DNA from: Nitrospirota bacterium
GTDB taxonomy: Bacteria > Nitrospirota > Thermodesulfovibrionia > Thermodesulfovibrionales > UBA9159
Assembly (NCBI GenBank): GCA_963699545.1
Contig: CAVOUE010000006.1
Coordinates: 352,001 to 416,000, forward strand
Length of the DNA stretch: 64,000 bases
Reading direction: 5' to 3'
The notes beneath the pieces are model-generated. The model was not told the origin of the DNA. It was given only the letters and a program-made list of their open reading frames with translations, and did not search any database. Positions within the stretch are counted from its first letter, which is position 1, and each line of letters begins with the position of its first letter. Shown one piece after another: positions 63,489 through 64,000 of this stretch. Both the position numbers and the translations under genes were made by a program.

Positions 63489-64000
63489 ATGCTCACCAAC
63501 AAGAGGAATAGTGCTCACTTGAGGGTTGATCTTAATGATATCCTCTTTCGAAGAACGATCATGTGGTTCACTGTGCTCTTATTGATCATGGTATTTCTTA
63601 ATGGGGGAGTATCCTATGCCCAGAATTTGCCTGAGCTGTTCCATCAGACAGCCGGTGAGAGGACAGCGCGGGGGGTCCCTCTACTCCCCGGCGAAAGGAT
63701 AACCGGCTCGATCGATCTTTCTCTGATACACCCTGACAATGACTCAACGCCCAGAATGATGTCAGCCGTCCCTGGAAAGACGCTCGTTCTCGTGAGAGAC
63801 AGGGTCGAGACACGGAGAGAGGGCAATTACACCTGGGTTGGGACAGTTGAGGGAAGTGAACTGAGTACCGTTGTTATTTCGGTAGTGGATGGTTCCCTTC
63901 ATGGGCATATAGACATGGATGGAGAGACCTATTCCATAAGACCGGAAAGCGGTGCATATGTGGTGACCAAGCACGACCCTGCGATGGTGCGCCCCTTTGA
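63489..64000 (+). CDS. Secreted protein, probably a reprolysin-like (M12) metallopeptidase prodomain (3' end outside window)
   Basis: Manual translation open to window end; GAGGAG RBS; signal peptide; YTWVGTVEG...STVVISVVDGSLHGHI..DGETYSIRP; catalytic motif not in view. Confidence 0.55.
   Translation, partial: MLTNKRNSAHLRVDLNDILFRRTIMWFTVLLLIMVFLNGGVSYAQNLPELFHQTAGERTARGVPLLPGERITGSIDLSLIHPDNDSTPRMMSAVPGKTLVLVRDRVETRREGNYTWVGTVEGSELSTVVISVVDGSLHGHIDMDGETYSIRPESGAYVVTKHDPAMVRPF

Overview
Bacterial chromosomal segment, most consistent with an anaerobic Nitrospirota/Desulfobacterota-like organism (inferred from gene content, not proven). The core backbone includes mraZ-rsmH, mqnA, an S1-domain protein, nifJ-type PFOR, a YdbH/YdbL-like pair, pyrR-pyrB-pyrC-carA-carB with a PyrR attenuator, a hybrid kinase, a Pat acetyltransferase/deacetylase pair, prpBCD-acnA, tRNA-Asn, glnS-gltX, tilS, aroC-aroK-aroB-bioB and two subtilases around a CPBP protease. 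Two accessory islands stand out. (1) 1.4-4.9 kb: BrnT-type TA module, an orphan 3' fragment of a BREX-2/PglX-like methyltransferase and a toxin-antitoxin-SecB-like chaperone (TAC) operon. (2) 49.5-53.4 kb: an integron cassette array with no integrase in the window (three attC sites). One attC is split exactly by an IS110-family (IS1111-like) element. Its ~0.5 kb non-coding end has three repeated scaffold units and short exact copies of the empty target, the predicted circle junction and both insertion junctions, so it is a candidate three-module bridge RNA. Short-period repeats and hairpins are inserted in several core genes. Many single-base frameshifts in essential genes are most likely sequencing/assembly errors. 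No CRISPR array or rRNA seen.
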